Notes under the pieces: model-generated | Database searches by the model: none | The model's input: only the letters and a program-made list of their open reading frames with translations | What the model was told of the DNA's origin: nothing | Virus record (IMG/VR): IMGVR_UViG_3300037408_000472 | Location: 1-46,482 of that record | Reading direction: 5' to 3' (one strand) | DNA length: 46,482 nt | Source of the DNA: a virus | Taxonomy: Duplodnaviria > Caudoviricetes | Program-made: the position numbers and the translations under genes | Shown: positions 41,287 through 46,482 of the stretch, piece by piece | Layout: each line of letters begins with the position of its first letter | Position numbering within the stretch: the first letter of the stretch is position 1

Positions 41287-42974
41287 AACGCTGGGCAGTC
41301 CTTATCGCAAGCACCGTTGTCTGCGTGTCAGCGCAGGGAGCACCGAGCATTTCCGGCGTCAGCGGCAGCGTGGTGCATGGCCAGAGCATCACGATTTCGG
41401 GCTCTGGATTTGGCACCAAGAGTCCGGCGAAGCCCTGGGTGTATGCCGACTTCGAGGATGGGTTTAACCCAAACTCGGACCTGAGCCAGTATTCCACGTG
41501 GGCCTCCGGTGGGGAAAATTTCACGCGCACTGCGGATATAGGCGTCAACGGCGGATATGCCGCGCAGTCGTACACTTTTGTCGGGCAACAGGCAAATTTC
41601 ATCGCTGTAATTTATGCGCCCGTTTTTGATTTCAACGTCAACGGGCAAAAGTGGTATCTGTTTCGCAAATCGGCGCGGAATTTCGCTGTCACCAGTGATA
41701 TGAATTGGAAAAATCTCCGCCCACATTATGGCGAGGCTGGCTTTTATACCCAGATAGGCAACGGCAATCTCTCCGAAGAGGGCACGGGTGCAGTGGGTTA
41801 CATGTGCCCGTGGCAATCGCCAGCCTCATCCGTCTGCACCGACTCAATCACCGAGGCACAGGTACGCGGCAATCAAAATGGCGATTGGAATACCGAGCAA
41901 TATATCGGCCAGGCCAATACCAGCGGCCAGCAAAACGGGTTCCTGCGATACATCGTCAACGGGCGCCTCGCGGTCGAGATGCCCTACTACGACTATGCCC
42001 AAAAAAACTGGTGGCACGGCACGGCCGATGCAGTGGATTTCCCGGTCGTGCACGACGTGTCCGCGAACGAGCCTGACCCGCCTAATGGCTCGTGGACCCG
42101 CGCCGATACGATCTATCTCGACACCACCTGGTCGCGGGTGATGCTTTCGACCAGCTCCACCTGGGGTACCGCATCATCAGGTCCGCTCTACGAGGTCCAG
42201 ATTCCCACCGCCTGGAGCGATACCAGCGTCACGGTGGAGGTGCAGCGCGGCGAACTGAGCAACGGCACGGTGTATCTGTACGTCGTGGACGCGAACAACG
42301 ACGCCAACGCCAGCGGCTATGCGGTGACGCTGGCGGACGCGGGCGGTGGCGATACCACGCCGCCCACCGTGACCAGCCGCACCATCGCTGCGAGCGGTCA
42401 AACACTGACGCTGGGCCTTGACGAGACCGTGACCGCCACTGGCGCGGTGCCGACGCTCACGAACTGCTCGGGCGGCGCGACCACGCTCAGCCTGGCCTCG
42501 GGCTCGGGCACGGCCTCGCTGGCCTACACCATCTCGCGCCAGGTCCTGGGCGCCGAGACCGGGTGCGTGAACTCCTACACCCAGCCGGGCGACGGCATCG
42601 AGGACACGGCGGGGAACGACCTCGCGAGCTTCAGCAACCAGGCGGTGACCAATTCCAGCACGGCGACCCTGGTCGCGCTCTCCGGTCTGACCCCGTCGGC
42701 CGGGACGCGCCTGCGCCGCACGGTGACGCAGACGACCATCGGGGTCACGACGGACAAGGCGGCGACCTGCCGCTGGGGGCCGATTCCCGGCCTCGCCTGG
42801 GCGGATCTCACCGCCTACACCACCACCGGCAGCACGGCGCACAGCGCGACGCTCGCCGTGACGCCGGGCACCGTGTATCAAATCTGCGCGCGCTGCCTGG
42901 ATACCGCCGCGGCGCAGTACAGCGCCGACGCCTGTGCGGCGTGGGACGTGCGCCCCGAGCGGCGCCTACACTGA
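41283..42974 (+). CDS. Adhesin-like protein, variant B: signal-peptide-like start, IPT/Ig-like and jelly-roll-like domains, shared C-terminus
   Basis: MKRWAVLIASTVVCVSAQG; GQSITISGSGFG; C-terminus homologous to 3-1739. Confidence 0.65.
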   Translation: MKRWAVLIASTVVCVSAQGAPSISGVSGSVVHGQSITISGSGFGTKSPAKPWVYADFEDGFNPNSDLSQYSTWASGGENFTRTADIGVNGGYAAQSYTFVGQQANFIAVIYAPVFDFNVNGQKWYLFRKSARNFAVTSDMNWKNLRPHYGEAGFYTQIGNGNLSEEGTGAVGYMCPWQSPASSVCTDSITEAQVRGNQNGDWNTEQYIGQANTSGQQNGFLRYIVNGRLAVEMPYYDYAQKNWWHGTADAVDFPVVHDVSANEPDPPNGSWTRADTIYLDTTWSRVMLSTSSTWGTASSGPLYEVQIPTAWSDTSVTVEVQRGELSNGTVYLYVVDANNDANASGYAVTLADAGGGDTTPPTVTSRTIAASGQTLTLGLDETVTATGAVPTLTNCSGGATTLSLASGSGTASLAYTISRQVLGAETGCVNSYTQPGDGIEDTAGNDLASFSNQAVTNSSTATLVALSGLTPSAGTRLRRTVTQTTIGVTTDKAATCRWGPIPGLAWADLTAYTTTGSTAHSATLAVTPGTVYQICARCLDTAAAQYSADACAAWDVRPERRLH

Positions 42975-42983
42975 GGAGGTCCG

Positions 42984-43433
42984 ATGGCCACTCTGCCCCT
43001 CTCGACCCCGAGCATTACCAGCGGGGCGCTGACGATCAACCTGGCGGGCGAGGGCGACTCGACCCACGTCGTGAGCCTGGACCAGGACATCGACCCCGCC
43101 AGCATCGACTTCACCAGCCCGCCGCCGAGCGGCTACACGCGGGTTCGGATCATCTTCGAGCAGGCCTCCCCGGCGGGCACGACCTACGACGTGCCGAGCA
43201 ACGCCTGGGCCGGGACCTACAACGGGACCGATGCCTACTCGCTGAGCTGGGACAGCGATTACCACGTCTACCAGGATGCGACACCGACGATTGTGGATCT
43301 CGTCTCCTGGGACCAGATGGCGACCATCCGCGCGCGGGCCAACGCCCCGGCCGGGCAGATCGTCGAGGCGGTGACCGAGCTGCCGGCCTCGCCCGAGGTC
43401 GATCATATCTATGTGATCTATCCTGCGGGTTAG
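42984..43433 (+). CDS. Fibre-associated structural protein
   Basis: GAGGAGG RBS; C-terminal VTELPASPEVDHIYVI motif typical of fibre proteins. Confidence 0.6.
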   Translation: MATLPLSTPSITSGALTINLAGEGDSTHVVSLDQDIDPASIDFTSPPPSGYTRVRIIFEQASPAGTTYDVPSNAWAGTYNGTDAYSLSWDSDYHVYQDATPTIVDLVSWDQMATIRARANAPAGQIVEAVTELPASPEVDHIYVIYPAG

Positions 43434-43447
43434 TGAGCGGCTGAGCG

Positions 43448-44974
43448 ATGGCGACCCTTTGGGACGACGGCGGCACACAGTGGGACGACGGCGAAACGCT
43501 GTGGGATGAGCTGCGGCTGACTGGCGCCGCTAGCCTGACCGGCACCGCGACTTCGGCTGCGACCGTGAGCCACGAAACCGCGGTCACCCTGACCGGCGCC
43601 GCTGCGCTGACGGGTGCGGCAACGTCGGCCGCAACCCTGTCGGTCGCCTCCAGTTGGCAAACGCTGTGGGATGACGGCACGACCCAATGGGATGACGGCG
43701 GCACCCTGTGGGATGTGGAGGGGGTGATCCAACTCACGGGTGCCGCCAGCCTGGCCGGCGCGTCCGCGTCCGCCGCCACGGTCGATCTGGAGGCCCCGGT
43801 CACACTGACCGGCGCTACAAGTCTCGCGGGCGCTTCGGCGGGCGCTGCTACGCTGGTGCACGTCCTTCCGGTCGCGCTGACGGGCGCGGCCAGCCTGGCC
43901 GGCACGTCCGCCGGCGCCGCCACCCTGTTGGCGACCCAGTACACCCTCTGGGACGACGGCGCGACGCAGTGGGACGACGGCGGCACCGTCTGGGATGCCC
44001 CCGAGACCGTCGCGCTAACCGGCGCCGCCAGCCTCGCCGCCGGTGCCAGCGCCGAGGCCGTGCTTGCCGCCCTGTCCCCGCTGCTCCCGGTCTACGTCGA
44101 GGGCGACCGCGCCACCGCGCTGTGTCGCGGCAGCACCGCCGCCTCCGCGCTCTACCGCGGCTCGGTCTTGCTGTGGGAGGCGCAGCCGGTCGAGCTGACG
44201 GGGGCCGCAAGCCTGTCCGCCAGCGCGGGCGCCGATGCCACGCTGACCGCGGCCTGGGCACTGACCGGCGCCGCGAGCGTGACCGGGACCAGCGCTGCCG
44301 CCAGTACCCTCGGGCTCGGCCTGGAGCTGACCGGTGCGGCGACCCTCGCCGGGGTGAGCGCCAGCGCGGCGGATCTGCAAGCGCTGCTGACCGACATCAA
44401 CCTCACCGGCTCGGCCAGCCTGGCCGCCGCATCCGCCGCCGCGGCCACGACCAGTGTCGAGCTTCCGATCAGCTTGACCGGCGCTGCCATGCTCACGGCC
44501 GCCGCGAGCGCGTCGGGGACCTACGCCTACACGCTGCCGGTCGAGCTCACCGGCACCACGGCCATCGTCGTCGCGACCAACGCCGCCGCTACGCTGCTCG
44601 CCGCCGAGACCGACATCAGCCTCACCGGCGCCGCCAGCCTCGCCGCCGGGCCCAGCGCCGCCGCGACGGTGCAGGCCGAGCTGCCGATCACGCTCACGGG
44701 TGCCGCCGGTCTGACCGCCGCCGTTAGCGCCACCGGGACTGACGCCTACACGCTGCCGATCAGACTCACGGGTGCCGCCGCGATCGTCGTCACCAGCGCC
44801 GCGGCCGGCACCCTGCGCGCGGACGTGCTGCACGCCCTGACCGGCGCGGCCAGCCTCGCCGCCGCCGCGAGCGCGGAGGCCACCCTGCGGCTGAGCACCT
44901 TCGAGGCCGCCGGGCAGATCATCCACGCCCCCAACGAGCGCCGCGCCTTGCGCGCTTGGCGCGGTAGGAGCTGA
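43448..44974 (+). CDS. Repeat structural protein, variant B (~16 LTGAASL repeats plus 3 WDDG blocks)
   Basis: 22-25-aa LTGAAxL repeats; TLWDDGxTQWDDGxTxWD three times; ERR-containing tail. Confidence 0.75.
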   Translation: MATLWDDGGTQWDDGETLWDELRLTGAASLTGTATSAATVSHETAVTLTGAAALTGAATSAATLSVASSWQTLWDDGTTQWDDGGTLWDVEGVIQLTGAASLAGASASAATVDLEAPVTLTGATSLAGASAGAATLVHVLPVALTGAASLAGTSAGAATLLATQYTLWDDGATQWDDGGTVWDAPETVALTGAASLAAGASAEAVLAALSPLLPVYVEGDRATALCRGSTAASALYRGSVLLWEAQPVELTGAASLSASAGADATLTAAWALTGAASVTGTSAAASTLGLGLELTGAATLAGVSASAADLQALLTDINLTGSASLAAASAAAATTSVELPISLTGAAMLTAAASASGTYAYTLPVELTGTTAIVVATNAAATLLAAETDISLTGAASLAAGPSAAATVQAELPITLTGAAGLTAAVSATGTDAYTLPIRLTGAAAIVVTSAAAGTLRADVLHALTGAASLAAAASAEATLRLSTFEAAGQIIHAPNERRALRAWRGRS

Positions 44975-44978
44975 CCCG

Positions 44979-45341
44979 ATGCCGACCCCGACCTACCTCG
45001 ACGGCGACGCCCTGCACCCGGACACCGAGGATAAGCTCTATACGGTGCATTTCCCGAGCCGATCGATCCACGCGGCGAGCTTCACGGCCGTGACCGCCAC
45101 CGCGAGCGGCGGGGCGAGCGTGTCGAGCGCCAGCTACGCCAACCCCGGCGACGCCGAGCACACCGCCGCCGAGACCCGCGATGGGCGCGACTACTCCGGG
45201 CCGCTGGTGTCGGTCTGGGTGAGCGCCGGCACCGCGGCCGAGGGCGACACCGTCTATGTGACCCTACAGATCGAGACCGATCTGCCCGAGGGGCCGATCC
45301 ACCGCGTGCTGCGCCTCGCGGTCACCGAGCGGGGGATGTGA
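44979..45341 (+). CDS. Putative fibre adaptor protein, variant B
   Basis: AGGAG RBS; LHPDTEDKLYTVHF and VSVWVSAG..G..VYVTLQIET. Confidence 0.6.
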   Translation: MPTPTYLDGDALHPDTEDKLYTVHFPSRSIHAASFTAVTATASGGASVSSASYANPGDAEHTAAETRDGRDYSGPLVSVWVSAGTAAEGDTVYVTLQIETDLPEGPIHRVLRLAVTERGM

Positions 45342-45643
45342 TGGGCACCTGGGACGCGCTGTTTTCTGCCAACATGCCGGGGGTGGTCAGCGCCACGCTC
45401 ACCCCGGCGCGCGGCGCGGTCACGACGGCCTACGTGCAGTGGTGGCGCGCGCATCAGATCGACAGCGAGGGCGGCTATCAGGTCAGCACGGTGGGCTGTC
45501 GCGCCACCGGCACCGAGGCCGCCATCGGCCATCTGCGTCGCGGCGACCGGGTGACGGTGGCGGGGACCGAGTACCAGGCCGTCACCGATGCCGAGAGCGA
45601 CGGTCACGGCGTCTGCACTCTCTACCTGGAGCCGATCGCGTGA
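45341..45643 (+). CDS. Head-tail joining protein, variant B
   Basis: Near-identical to 3125-3427. Confidence 0.75.
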   Translation: MGTWDALFSANMPGVVSATLTPARGAVTTAYVQWWRAHQIDSEGGYQVSTVGCRATGTEAAIGHLRRGDRVTVAGTEYQAVTDAESDGHGVCTLYLEPIA

Positions 45644-46056
45644 ACATCCTGCCGGTGCTCGAACGCCTGCGCGATCAGTTGCCCGACTACCGGGTTGAGT
45701 CGCCGACCGTGCTGCTGACGGCGCAGCGCGAGGAGCTACCGGCGGTGCAAGTGCTGCCGGGGTCCGAGTCGCCGGTCAGCACCGAGGGGCTCGGCACGAC
45801 GCTGCTGGTCATGCTCAACGCCCAGGTGGAGGTGTTGATCGCCGCCGCGGCGGCGGTGCCGGAGACCGACAGCGACCCGCTCGCCGAGGCGGTGGCCGAG
45901 GTCCGCGCCGCGCTGATCGGCTACCAGCACAGCGAGTGGGATCTGCCGCTCACCTGGGTTTCGGGCGACCTGGTCGCGCCCGATTCGGCGCGCCTCCTGT
46001 GGCGCGAGGTCTACACCACGCAACGGTCGCTCAGTGCGACCATCGTTTCATCCTGA
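45640..46056 (+). CDS. Tail terminator/completion protein, variant B
   Basis: Diverged homologue of 3424-3843. Confidence 0.7.
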   Translation: MNILPVLERLRDQLPDYRVESPTVLLTAQREELPAVQVLPGSESPVSTEGLGTTLLVMLNAQVEVLIAAAAAVPETDSDPLAEAVAEVRAALIGYQHSEWDLPLTWVSGDLVAPDSARLLWREVYTTQRSLSATIVSS

Positions 46057-46076
46057 CCCCGTAGGAGGGTTTACTC

Positions 46077-46482
46077 ATGGCCGCACCGTATTTTTGGAGC
46101 AATGTCACCATCCAGCTTGAGTCGGCGCTGGGCGCCGCCAAGGCGATCTCGTCCATCACCAAGGCTAACCCGGGCGTCGCCAGCTTCGCAGCCGACCCGG
46201 CGCTGGCCGACGGCGACTATTTCTACGTCCAGGCCGATGGCATGGGCCAGGTCGACGGGCGCGTTTTCCGCAGCAACGGTCCGGCCGGCTCGGGACCCTA
46301 CACCGTGGAGCTCGAGGGGGAGAACACCACGCTCTACAGCACGTTCACGTCCGGTAACGCCTACGAGATCACCTTCGGCACGACGGTCAACAAGACGACC
46401 GATATCCAGGTCTCGGGCGGTGAGCCCAACTACGAGGAGTGGGCCTACATCCAGGACAGTCAGCAGCGGCGCCAGCCGGTCT
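46077..46482 (+). CDS. Major tail protein, variant B 5' part (continues at 4270 on the circle)
   Basis: MAAPYFWSNVTIQLESALG...; near-identical to 3864-4269. Confidence 0.85.
   Translation, partial: MAAPYFWSNVTIQLESALGAAKAISSITKANPGVASFAADPALADGDYFYVQADGMGQVDGRVFRSNGPAGSGPYTVELEGENTTLYSTFTSGNAYEITFGTTVNKTTDIQVSGGEPNYEEWAYIQDSQQRRQPV

Larger units (their letters stand above)
1..46482. mobile_element. Temperate siphovirus genome (circle 4143-46355) plus a 4.1-kb alternative allele at 1-4142
   Basis: Integrase, repressor/Cro, terminase, portal, capsid, tail tube, tape measure and tail tip genes are all present; no host genes seen; exact 127-bp terminal overlap. Confidence 0.92.

Noticed and set aside
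43448-44974. CRISPR array or DGR-like repeats
   Set aside because: The repeats are degenerate and codon-phased within one ORF; no constant repeat-spacer pattern, no reverse transcriptase, no adenine-specific TR/VR pair

Overview
The window is a GC-rich temperate siphovirus with lambda-like packaging and tail genes; the host is probably a proteobacterium (inference). The last 127 bp (46356-46482) are an exact copy of 4143-4269, so 4143-46355 closes into a 42,213-bp circle. In order, the circle carries: tail genes with a -1 frameshift chaperone, an attP-like site, a tyrosine integrase, a leftward early operon, a repressor/Cro switch with four operators, helicase, DNA methylase, HNH, VRR-NUC and replication genes, a lambda-like cos site, Nu1/gpA-type terminase, a Mor-like activator, portal, and a protease-capsid fusion. 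Bases 1-4142 are not a copy of the other end. They are a diverged alternative allele of the region just upstream of the tail genes, most likely from a co-assembled relative. Comparing the two alleles reveals a swappable putative virion-appendage module: small beta-rich subunits, a 22-25-aa repeat protein with about 7 versus about 16 repeats, an adaptor, and an adhesin-like protein with a constant C-terminus and exchanged N-terminus. Other notable features are a methyltransferase-glycosyltransferase fusion and an orphan NrdD glycyl-radical mini-protein in the head operon, CsrA/RsmA-like hairpins, a TGT-like protein, and no recognisable endolysin. All protein calls come from motif recognition and synteny, not database searches.
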